DNA of 63,808 nt, the filler included, from Conidiobolus incongruus B7586 (taxonomy: Eukaryota): assembly GCA_000697335.1 (NCBI GenBank). It is 40 parts of 40 records of this genome, joined end to end, with 100 filler letters (N's around TTAATTAATTAA, not from the genome) between each part and the next. Parts side by side here need not be neighbours in the genome. Positions count along the whole stretch, not along the records: positions 14,745 to 16,182 come from JNEM01001514.1; positions 16,283 to 17,737 come from JNEM01001515.1; positions 17,838 to 19,511 come from JNEM01001516.1; positions 19,612 to 21,615 come from JNEM01001517.1; positions 21,716 to 23,240 come from JNEM01001518.1; positions 23,341 to 25,076 come from JNEM01001519.1; positions 25,177 to 26,655 come from JNEM01001521.1; 33 more parts are not named here. The stretch is one strand, 5' to 3'. Under the pieces are notes generated by a model. It searched no databases. It worked only from the letters and a program-made list of their open reading frames with translations, and was not told the origin of the DNA. Shown piece after piece: positions 14,645 through 26,568 of the stretch (position 1 is the stretch's first letter; each line of letters opens with the position of its first letter). A program made the position numbers and the translations under genes.

Positions 14645-14744
14645 NNNNNNNNNNNNNNNNNNNNNNNNNNNNNNNNNNNNNNNNNNNNTTAATTAATTAA
14701 NNNNNNNNNNNNNNNNNNNNNNNNNNNNNNNNNNNNNNNNNNNN

Positions 14745-15095
14745 TATAAATAATTTTATTTTCTGGTTTTAAAATAATTTAGCTAGCAATAAAAAATTAA
14801 TTAAAATAATACTTTATTATCAAAAAATACTTTTAATATATAAATAATTTTAGAGAGTTTATGGTTAAATTTGATAAATAAAAGAGTATAGGAATTTTAA
14901 TAACTATAAATTGATTTTAAATTAATCAAACTAAATAATTAATTTTAAAAAGTTAATTTTTTAATCCAAATGGCTAATATATATATAATAAAACTCTATA
15001 TTTTCAAATTTATTTTTTATATATTTGAATATTTAAGCGAATAATATATTTAAATAATCAAAAATTAAAAAACTTTTAATTTTATTATAATATTT
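14745..15095 (-). mobile_element. mariner 5' fragment
   Basis: Aligns by eye with 54010-54358 (e.g. TTTAGAGAGTTTATGGTTAAAT vs TTAGAGGGCTTATGGTTAAGG). Confidence 0.75.
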
Positions 15096-15129
15096 TTTTT
15101 AGTTTAAATTATAAATTTTCCTATTATAA

Positions 15130-16182
15130 AATTTCTGTATTAATAATTAATATATTAAACTATATCAATCCATTAATATTCTATAATATTTATTTTTAAA
15201 TAAATCCTAATATATATCATTAATTAGATGATTTATTAAATAAATCCCTAATTTTTTTTTATTAATATAACATAATATTTTCAATATAATATCAAATAAT
15301 AAAATCAAAAAATAAGTAATCTTAAGTTTATTCAAATCTATCTTATTTTTTTTATTTTCAATTTGACTGATTTTTTCCAAAACTAATATTAATTATTTAC
15401 CCAAAAAAGATTAAAAATATTCGTTAAATAAATAGCTTACTAATTTTTTCAAATCATAAAACCCTTTAGTTTTTTTTATAAATTATAAAAATAAGGTTAA
15501 AGGTTTCATATTGTAATTAATAAAGATATGGCTTAATTTTATATTAATTAAACCACTTTTATTTTATTTTGAGTATTATAAAAAATTATTAATAATAATA
15601 TTATTTTTAAGCTTTATTTTGTTTTCTTTTTTATATTATTTACTAATAATACTAGTAAAAATTTAAAGACTTTTTTAAACTATATTTAATAAAAATGATA
15701 CTTAGTTAGTTAAAATAAGAGAAAAAATAAAAATCCTGGTGCTTTAATAAGTTAAATATATTTTCCAAATATATAGGTTTATCCTTATTTTAAAAGTAAT
15801 ATATTATATAAAATTGAGGAAAAAGCTTAATTAAGTATTTAATTATATAAGAACACTTATTCATAGATATTAAAACTATTAAACAAATTTAATTAAATAT
15901 TTAATATAGTAGAAATGACCTTTTGTTTATAATTATTAATATTTTTATAATATAAGATAATTTAGTTTTTGAATCGTTAATATAGCTCCTATAGATTTTT
16001 TATAATATAATAATTTCACTATATAATAATCTTATTATAAGGAATTAATTATTCTAAATAATAAAAAAATAATAGCATCTTTTATCTTTTGTTGTTTTTT
16101 TAATTAAAAGCTTTAAAAGCATAAGAAATAATAAAAAAATATTTAATTTTCCTTTTTTTTAAGATTATCTAAGAATACATAC
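15130..16182 (-). mobile_element. Decayed Ty3/gypsy-like reverse transcriptase / RNase H region
   Basis: Minus-strand motifs in gypsy order: ...QKLN (~15965), IKAPGFF (NAPATF-like, ~15735), VNNI (YVDDI-like after G>A, ~15640), SFLGK (~15400) and a TDAS-like relic (~15230). Frameshifted. Confidence 0.55.
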
Positions 16183-16282
16183 NNNNNNNNNNNNNNNNNN
16201 NNNNNNNNNNNNNNNNNNNNNNNNNNTTAATTAATTAANNNNNNNNNNNNNNNNNNNNNNNNNNNNNNNNNNNNNNNNNNNN

Positions 16283-17686
16283 ATATTAACCTTTAATATT
16301 TAACTAAGGTGAGTTATATATTTATAAGTTTTTAAGATTAAGGGATATATTTAACAATATATAACCATATCTTTTTTCTCTCTTTGTTATTATTTTATAT
16401 AATATTTTTTAGATATATTAAATTTTCCTATTAATATCATTATATTTAAATCATTTTTTTAAAAAAATCTATTTGTGTATTAACTGACTTGATAAAAAAA
16501 TAAATTAACTTGTGATATTACTAGAATTACTAATGCTAGCTAGTTTATTATAGCTAAAGTTATTAAGAATTACAATAAAAATACATTTAATCTTAAACTT
16601 AGATATGTTAAGAATATAGATGAATATGATAAGAAATATATTTATAGGTTAGTTAATATAGGTAAATATAATACTACTGTTGAAATTTAATAAGAACTAT
16701 AAAATTATACAAGAATATTAATTAATATTGATACTATTATATATATTTTATATTAATATAGATATCATTTATATTTTAAGAAAAAACACCCCCAATTAAA
16801 GAAATCCCATTGTAAAACTAGGTAAGAGTTTAAATATTGCTATTAATATTAAACTGAAATTAATTAAAATAAGGTTATTTAGTTTAATAAAACAAAAATA
16901 TATCTTAATAAATCTGGTAGAAAAGTTAAATACTTTAGAAAAGATATAAAATTATTTTATGACTATTATGTTAATTTAACCCAAAAGTATAATAGTAGGT
17001 TAATTATTATTTAGGGATATATATTATCTTTAAGTGTAAAATACTTTTATAAAGTTAATAAGGGAATTAATATTAAGATATATTAAATTATTTTAAACAA
17101 TAAATTAAAAAAATTATTAAAAAATATAAGTTAAATAAATCTAATGTTATTTTCTAATAAGATATTATTTTTTGCTATATTATAACTTCTAATACCAAAT
17201 AGCTTAAAAATAACAAGATAATAGTTATAAAGTAGCTTTTTTAATTTTTTAACTTTAACCTAATTAAATATCTCTAGAATTAGTTAAAAAAAGCTATTAA
17301 AGTTTTCCCCTAAGCAAAAAATTTAAATCAACTTTTAAAATATGTTTAAGAAGCATAGAATAAGATTAATCCTTCTAAGTATAAAAAGTTAATTGATTTT
17401 ATACCTCATAAACTTAAAAAAATTAGAAAAATTAAAGGTAGATATATAAAGTTTTAATTTCTTTTATTACTAAAAACCTATAAATTTATAACTTATATTA
17501 GGAAAAATTTAACAGTTTATATTTTAACCAATTAATACCTGAATATTATTATTTGATAATATATATTATTAAAAAATATAATGGATTTTAATTATTTAAT
17601 TTAAGTTTATTTTATTAAATACTAATTAAGTTATTAGTTAAAATATAAGTGTTTTTGATTTTATAACTTACTTTTATAGGTTAGTA
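16283..17686 (+). mobile_element. Tc1-like transposon, subfamily A, dead; transposase remnant ~16442-17457
   Basis: Inner repeat AAGGTGAGTTATA at ~16306. Right terminus ...CTTTTATAGGTTAGTA|TA. KKKHPQLKKSHCK retained. Confidence 0.94.
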
Positions 17687-17837
17687 TATATTTATATAAT
17701 AAATTTTAAAATTAAAAGTATTTATTATTTATTAATTNNNNNNNNNNNNNNNNNNNNNNNNNNNNNNNNNNNNNNNNNNNNTTAATTAATTAANNNNNNN
17801 NNNNNNNNNNNNNNNNNNNNNNNNNNNNNNNNNNNNN

Positions 17838-19511
17838 AAAGTTATTATTTTTTTAAGATTAAACTAATTATATCTATTATTAATTTTTATTAAACTAATA
17901 AACTTATTGAAAAAACTATTTAAATCTTAAATCAAATTATTAAAACTTATATTAATAAAAATTAATTAAATAAAGATATTGATATCATTTAGTTTTAATA
18001 TATATTTAATATTTTTATAAATATTTTAATATATTTTAACCTATTATTTTATTTAAGGGAGTATTTTAACTCCTTATTCTAAGAACTGGTGATATTCTAG
18101 ATAATCTATTTTATAAGCTACTGTTTGATGAGTTTATAATATTTAAATTATCTGACTTTCTTAAATAAACTCTCTCTTCTATTCATATTAACTTTAACTT
18201 TACTCTTTCTTTATCTTTTACTTACCTTTTTGGCTTTTTTGCTTGATACTTTATATTTTTTTATAAGATTCCTCCTAATAAAGCAAGTTTAAACCCCAAC
18301 AAATGGTGATTCCACTAGAGATTACTACAGACATCTTAAAAACAGTTAATCTAGTAAAGATAATTATTTAATTTGTGATATCTTACTTTATACCTCTATC
18401 TCAAGACTTCTATGTTTCTTTTCTCTATCCTATTTATTTTAGAATTTTCACATAGTGGGTAATAATCCTAAGCTTATAAGCTTTTGCTTAAGTTATTAAT
18501 TTTATACCTTCAAAGCTAATCCATTCATCTTTTTGTAAAGTACTAGGTTAATATATCACCTAGCTTTTGTTTATCACTTTTTATTTGAATTTATCATTTT
18601 GTATATATTTATTATTTTGTTTTTAAGTACTCATAGCCTACCTATTTTTTTGTTTCTTTGGTAGTGTAATAAGTGTGGGGATATTCTTTACCTTTCAGCT
18701 AATTATTAAATCAAAAAATCTTTGATTCAAGCTGGATAGAACTTTAAATTTGAAAAGATAAGGTAATGAGGGAGTATTTTAACTCTTTGTTTTAAGAACT
18801 AGTGATATTCTAGATAATCTATTTTATAAGCTACTGTTTGATGAGTTTATAATATTTAAATTATCTGACTTTCTTAAATAAACTCTCTCTTCTATTTATA
18901 TTAACTTTAACTTTACTCTTTCTTTATCTTTTACTTATCTTATTAATTTTTTTGCTTGATACTTTATATCCTTTTATAGGATTCCTCCCAATAAGGTAAG
19001 TTTAAACCCTAATATATTAATTATATTAAATTTCTTAATTTAATAATTTTTTTAAAATTTAAAATTAATAAATCTTTAAAAAATTTGAATTTTAATTTAA
19101 TATTAAATATAATAGTTCTTAAGTTAAAATTAACCTTGAGGAATATTAAAAGATTATAAAACAATAATATTTCAAATTTTATAAGAACCTTTTAAAATAT
19201 AATACTAATATGTTTATTTATTTAAAATAGTTTGCTTTTAAACTCACTTTACTTAAATCTAGCATAAATACTAAATATTTACTATTATATTATAATTTAT
19301 ATTATATTTAATTTATTCTATTGATTTAAATTTTTAAAATATTATCTTAAAATTATCTTTAATTTTCAGGATTAACTTTACCTTTCAAATATTTAAAGTT
19401 AAATCTAATTATTATTTAAATAAAAAAAGAAAAATACTATATTAATTATATAGTTAAATCTAAATTTATAAGGAATATGCTTTATTTTTATATAAAATAA
19501 ATAAGTTATTA
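17838..19511 (-). repeat. Unclassified dispersed repeat (host of the TRIM), homologous to ~41700-42390
   Basis: Reverse complements of both TRIM flanks align colinearly with the contig at 41564-42944. Confidence 0.8.
18054..19014 (+). mobile_element. Complete TRIM-like non-autonomous LTR retrotransposon (961 bp); LTRs 18054-18301 and 18767-19014
   Basis: Two 248-bp direct repeats (TG/TA...CA/TA), TATT TSD on both sides, PBS TGGTGATTCCACTAGAGA at 18304, purine tract GAAAAGATAAGG before the 3' LTR, 465-bp interior with no ORF. Confidence 0.92.
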
Positions 19512-20909
19512 NNNNNNNNNNNNNNNNNNNNNNNNNNNNNNNNNNNNNNNNNNNNTTAATTAATTAANNNNNNNNNNNNNNNNNNNNNNNNNNNNNNNNN
19601 NNNNNNNNNNNAATAGAATATATATATTGATATAATATTTTTATTATATAAAAATATAAGCGATATTAAGTTTTTATTATATAAATATATATTTCAATAT
19701 ATAAATAAATAATAAAAATTAATGATAAAGGAAGCTAGTCTTTTAATATTATAAAAAATTTAATAACTTAATATTTAGCTATTAATAAATTTATTAATAA
19801 TAAAGCTTATATGCAAAGTTATATATTAATAACTAAACCTTGTGATATCAAGTTATAAATAAATATATATATTGAAAAATAGCAAAACAGAATTTAATAT
19901 ATTATTTAAAAAGTTTATGAATAATAAAATATAATAATAAATTATATTCATTGAAAATAATTTTAAATGAATATTTCTATTTAATAATTCAACATCTAAT
20001 ACATTGGTTATTTTACTTGAAATATTAAAATATATTTTGAAAATATAATAATATTATGATTGAATTTAGATTAAATTTAAGAAATATCATGAAATTCAAT
20101 TTTATATGAAAAAAATAGTCAAATAATATCATTAGATATATTAATTAATTTTAATATTATAATTTTGAAAAATCTATAATTTTATATTACTTATTATTCT
20201 TAATTAAATCTCAAATTATAATCCAATATTCATAACTTATTAATAAGAGATTTAATTTATATATCTTCATTTTGGAACAATTTTAAATTAAATATAATAT
20301 ATAATTAATTTATATATCATTTATAAATAAATGAATTATAGAGTAGTTATAATAGAATTGAATTTAATATAATATTTAATTTATACCAATTTAATTAAAA
20401 TATTATATATACAATATTCAAATTATTGATATTTGGAAATTTATGTATATAACGAGCTTCAAATATTATTTATTCATTTATAAATTTTAATGATATGAAT
20501 GAGACTATTGGTATAAGTTAATCGCTAGTAAAGACCTAATTTTATTTTATATTAAATAGTCAGATAATTACTTATATTTTAAAGTTTACTGTTTAATTTA
20601 ATTATAATTAATAATTATCTATTTGAAATATCAGTAATAATTTTAATTAAAAATAAAACAATAATCCAATAAACTTTTAACAGTATTTAAAATTAATAAT
20701 AATATATATTTAAAATTTAATAAAATATTATAATATTAAAAATTTGGTTTTTCTGGAATTGAAAATCTATTAAAATTATATTATTTCTTGTAATATAGAG
20801 AATTAATTAAAGACATATAACTAAATATAATAAACTATGATAGATAAATTTTAAAAATATTAAACAAAAAAGATTGTTTGGAAATTGATAAAAAATACAA
20901 TATTAGAAA

Positions 20910-20978
20910 GCTTAGCTAAATTGGCAGAGTGTCCGTCTAGTAAGCGGAAGATCATCAGTTCGGTTCTGGTAGAAAGAA
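20910..20978 (+). tRNA. tRNA-Thr(AGT) pseudogene
   Basis: D-arm relic TAGCTAAATTGGCAGAGTG, anticodon arm TCCGT-CT[AGT]AA-GCGGA (anticodon 20939-20941), variable loop AGATC, T-arm ATCAG-TTCGGTT-CTGGT. The 5' acceptor strand looks ~4 nt short and the conserved T-loop A reads G, so probably non-functional. Confidence 0.85.
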
Positions 20979-23463
20979 AGATTCTTCATATCTTGGCCCT
21001 AATATATATTAATATATATTTATATATTAGATTTATATACTCTTTGGAATTATCTAATTGTTTTAATATGCTAATAAACTTTGATTTGTATAAAATCATT
21101 TTTATGTATTTTTTATTTAAAATAAACTCTTTCCAGCCTTAACCAAAGTTTTTATATGATAATCTATTTTATTATATATTTAATAAATCAAAAATTTAAT
21201 TTATAATTATTATATCAAGTATTTGTAAATTATATTTTGAATTTTTTCTTAATCATTTATTATTTAACATTCCATATTATTAATTTTATTTCCAAAATTT
21301 CAAGATTAATATAATTCCCTAGTTAAAGATAAGATTATTGAATATTCTATAACATTACCATAAAAGATCAAATGATATTTAATTCTTGATATTTTAGATA
21401 AAGATCATAGCTATAAAATTATATTAATATAATATAATAACACTTGGATAAAAGTGTTATTATAAGATATATTTATCAAATAATATTTTGATATAACCTT
21501 TTGATATATATATATTAATAATTCTTTTGATTAAAATATTTATAATTATTAAAATAATTATAATATTTATAATAAATATTCTCATCAAATGAATAAAATA
21601 ATGATATTCTAATATNNNNNNNNNNNNNNNNNNNNNNNNNNNNNNNNNNNNNNNNNNNNTTAATTAATTAANNNNNNNNNNNNNNNNNNNNNNNNNNNNN
21701 NNNNNNNNNNNNNNNAAAAATAAAAATATATAATGATTATAAAACAAAGTAATATATATTTTTATATTTATTTATTATCATAAATTTGAACTATAATTAT
21801 ATATTAATATATCCTTTTTTAATACTTAATTGTAATTTGTGTTATTATTAAATTGAATAAAAATTCTCTGATAATAAAAAATTTTTTTGAAAAATTTATA
21901 ATCAAAGCTTTTATTAAGATATATTTTAATATTTGTATAAAATATTAAATATAATTAATAATGATTATATTTGTTTATATTTTATATTTTATATAAAGAC
22001 TTTATTTTAAAAATATAATGATACTATTAATTAAGTTCGTATTCGTCAACGTTTATTATATTATTGTATTTTAATCCTAATATTCAATTCCTTTCTAGTT
22101 TTAAGCATGAGAAGCTTAATCAAATATAGAATAAAGCATCAATTCATATTTATATATTTATTTAATATTATCATTAATATAAAAAATAACATATATTTAT
22201 TCAATTGCTTATTTATAAATTATTGATAGAATATTTCAATAATTTGCTCTTATTTTCAAATATTATATTATTAGAGTTAATAATTTTTATAATTATAAAA
22301 TATATCTTTTTTATTTGAAAAGTTGATTTATTATAAGATCATATCAAAGTCAGGTAAGAAAATATTTAAAAATAGATAGCATTATTTATTATTATTTTTA
22401 ATTCCAATATTAATTTAATATTATAAATTAATATTTAATTTTTAAGAATATATGATATTGATATAATAAATCAAAAAAATATTGAATAAAATGATTTCAA
22501 ATATATTATTTATATTAAAGCAATGATAAGTATCAATTATTATATAATATATATATCTATGTATTGTTTATGATTTTTATAATCCAATTAATATAATAAT
22601 GAAAAAACTGAATTTTTTAAATTAAAAATAAAATATTAAAATTTAATAAAATAATATATAATAGTTGATAATTGGATTATTTTAATATACTAACCAAATT
22701 ACGATATATTTATCTATATTAGAGTTTTTTAATTTCTCAGTTATATTCGCTAAAAATATCCTATTTTGATTTAATTTGAAAATAATAGTTTTTATGTATT
22801 ATATATTTTACTAAATAAAAATAAAGATAATAATAAATTATTCAGGCTCGGTAATATTTTTAACTCCCTTTATATTAAATATATGGAAAAGTTATTTTAA
22901 ATTGAAAATATAAGGTGTAGAATTATATGATATTAAACAATATTAAATTACATTATATATTTTGACTATTAACTATTTAACAATATTTAAATTTCATAAT
23001 TAATAATATATTATACTTATAGGTTTGTCAATTCAGATATAGTTAAATTTGAAACTAAATAAATATTTTAAAAAAAATAATAACTTAATAAAACTAGTAT
23101 ATATTATGAGATTAATTATATAACCAAATATTATCTAAAAAATAAGTAAAATTTAAATTAATATAAAAATGATAAATTTAATAATATATATCTCAATTAA
23201 TAAATTATAGTAATTTTCCAAATTTTATTTAATAATATATNNNNNNNNNNNNNNNNNNNNNNNNNNNNNNNNNNNNNNNNNNNNTTAATTAATTAANNNN
23301 NNNNNNNNNNNNNNNNNNNNNNNNNNNNNNNNNNNNNNNNAAACACTAGTTCTCTAAATGCTTATATATTTTTTTATATAATTCAATTAATTATATAAAT
23401 AGTATTTAATTATTAAATAAACTAGGTTTTTTTTTATTTTCAATCCTTATTATTTTTGTTATA

Positions 23464-25036
23464 TATTAACCCACAAAAGTGAGTTATAAAATCAAACATA
23501 ATTATATTTTTACTAATAACTTGATTAATGTTTAATAAAATAAACTTAAATTCAATAATTAAAATCTATTATATTTATTAATAATATATATATTATTGAA
23601 TGATAATATTTAGTTTTTAAGTGATTAAAATATAAACCCTTAAATTTTACCTATAATAACTTATAAATTTGTAGGTTTTTAATGATAAAAAAAATTAAAA
23701 CTTAGTATAACTATCTTTAGCTTTTCTAACTTCTTTAAGTTTGTAGGGTATAGAATCAAATAACTTCTTATACTAAGAAAGGCTAATCTTATTTTATATT
23801 TCTTAAATATATTCTTAAAGTTGATTTAAATCTTTTGTTAAGGGGGGGAAAGCTTTAATAGCTTTTTTTAACTAATTTTAAAAATATTCAATTAGATTAA
23901 GGTTTAGAAATTAAAAAACCACTTTATAACTATTATCTTGTTACTTTTAAGCTATTTAGTAATAAAAGTTATAATATAACAAAGAGTATTATTTTATTAG
24001 AAAATAATATTAAATTTGTTTAAATTATACTATTCAATGGTTTTTTTTAATTTATTGTTTAGAATACTTTAATATATCTTAGCATTAATTCCTCCATTAA
24101 CTTCACAAAAATATCCTATATTTAAAGATAATATATATCCCAAAATAATATTTAATTTATCATTATACTTTTGGGTAAAATTAACATAATAGTCATAAAG
24201 TAATTTTATATCTTTTTTAAAATATCTAGCTTTTCTATTAAATTTATTAAAGTATATTTTTGTTTTATTAGATTAAATAACCTTATTCCAATTAGTTTTA
24301 ATTTAATATTAATAATGACATTTAAACTTTTACCTAGCTTTATAATAGGATTTTTTTTAATTAAAAATATTTTTTCTTAAAGTATCAGTGGTATTTATAT
24401 TAATATAAAGTATATATAATAGTATTAGTGTTAATTAATATTTTTGCATAGTCTTATAGTTCTTGCTATATTTTTATAATATTATTACACTTATTTAAAC
24501 TAACTAATTTATAAATAAACTTCTTATTATATTTATCTATAATTCTAATATATTTAAGTTTAATTTTGATATGTTTATATTATTATTCTTAATAATTTTA
24601 ACTATAATAAATTAGCTAACACTAATGATTCTAGCAATATTATAAGTTGATTTATTTTTTTTATAAAGTTAGTTAATACATATATAAATTTTTTTAGAGA
24701 GGGATTTAAATATAATGATACTAATAAAAAAATTTAATTTATTTGTAAAATATTATATAAAATAATAATAAAAAGAAAAGAAATATGGTTATATATTATT
24801 AAATATATCCTTTTATCTTAAAAACTTGCAAATTTATAACTTACCTTTGTTAAATATTAAGGGTTAGTATTTTTGCTAATAGTTTACTAAATATATTTAA
24901 ATAAATTTATTTATTATCAAATAATATACCTTAATTATATATTATAGTTTCAGGTAATTTAATATATACAATTGTTTTAATTATTAATTAATATATATAT
25001 ATTTTTGATTTTATAACTTATTTTTGCAAATTATTG
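23464..25036 (-). mobile_element. Full-length Tc1-like transposon (1573 bp), subfamily A, dead; transposase remnant ~23695-24713
   Basis: Both termini present (TATTAACCCACAAAAGTGAGTTATAAAATC and GATTTTATAACTTATTTTTGCAAATTATTG), TA on each side, outer and inner repeats at both ends. Confidence 0.95.
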
Positions 25037-25176
25037 TATTTAAGGTAAAAACTATATTTTTTCAATATTTTAATATNNNNNNNNNNNNNNNNNNNNNNNN
25101 NNNNNNNNNNNNNNNNNNNNTTAATTAATTAANNNNNNNNNNNNNNNNNNNNNNNNNNNNNNNNNNNNNNNNNNNN

Positions 25177-26568
25177 AGGGTGAGTCATAAATTTATAAAT
25201 TTAGGGGTTAAAAAAATATATAGAACAAAAATTACTTAAATCTTTTTTTCTTTAATTAAATTATAAATATATATATAAATTATTATTATTGTGAATTATT
25301 ATTTTAAATAATATTAGTATTAAATTGCCTAAATCCTATTTTAAAAAAATTCACTTATATATCAATTAACTCTATGATAAAAATAAATCAACTTATAAGA
25401 TTACTGGAATTACTAATGTTAGTTAGTTTATTATAGTTAAAGTTATTAAATATTATAATAAAAATATATCTAAACTTAAACTTAAGTATATTAAGATTAT
25501 AAATAAATATGATAAAAGGTATATTTATAGGTTAGTTAATACAAGTAAGTGTGATATTGTTATAAAAATACAGAAAGAATTATAAGACTATATAAAAATA
25601 TTAGTTAGTACTAATACTATTATATATGCTTTATATTATAATAGATATTGCTTGCACCTAAAGAAAAAACATTGTTAATTAAAGAAGTCCTATTGTAAAG
25701 CTAGGTAGGAGTTTAAATGTCACTATTAAAATTGAACCAAAACTAATTAATATAAGTTTATTTATTTTATAAAACAAAAATATAACTTAGTAGATTTGAT
25801 AAAAAAGTTAGATATTTTAGAAAAGACAAAAAATTACTTTTAACTATAATGTTATTTTAACCCAAAAATATAATGATAAATTAATTATAGTTTAAGGATA
25901 TATGTTATTTTCTAATATAGGGTATCTTTATAAAGTTAATAGGGGAATTAATATTGAGATATATTAAAATATTTTAAATAATAAATTAAAAAAAACTATT
26001 GAAAAATATAGGTTAAATAAATCAGATATTATTTTCTAATAAAATAATACCCCTTGTTATACTGCTATTTCTATTACCAAATAATTTAAAAATAATAAAA
26101 AAATAGTTATGAAATAGCTTCTTTAATCCCTTAATTTTAATCCAATTCAATATCTTTAGGATTAATTATAAAAAAAATTAAAGCTTTCCCACTAGCAAAA
26201 AATTTAAATTAGTTTTGGAAATATATTTAAAAAATTTAGAACAAAATTAATCCTTCTCAATATAAGAAATTAATTGACTCTATACCCCATAAACTTAAGG
26301 AAGTTAAAAAAACAAAAGATAGATGTACTAAGTTTTAATTTTCTTTATATAACCAAATTATATAAATTTATAACTCATCTTAGGTAAAATATAAATTTTA
26401 ATATAACATCTAAAAGTTAATATAATTGGATCAAATATATTTAATTATAAATAAATAATATATATTTATTATATGTTTTAATTTTAATTAATTTGATTAA
26501 GAATTAATAAAGTTATTGATAAAAATATATATATTTATAATTTTATTACTTATTTTTTAAAGCCAATG
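25177..26568 (+). mobile_element. Tc1-like transposon, subfamily C, dead; transposase remnant ~25325-26338
   Basis: Starts at inner repeat GGTGAGTCATAAATTT and ends ...AAAGCCAATG|TA. Confidence 0.93.

Noticed and set aside
20935..20960. CTGATGA on the minus strand suggesting a hammerhead ribozyme or C/D snoRNA
   Set aside because: No GAAA after the stem; the sequence is fully explained as the tRNA anticodon, variable and T arms on the + strand.
20885..21142. 85-aa ORF from the ORF track
   Set aside because: TTG start, runs across the tRNA-Thr pseudogene and AT-rich low-complexity DNA; no recognisable protein.
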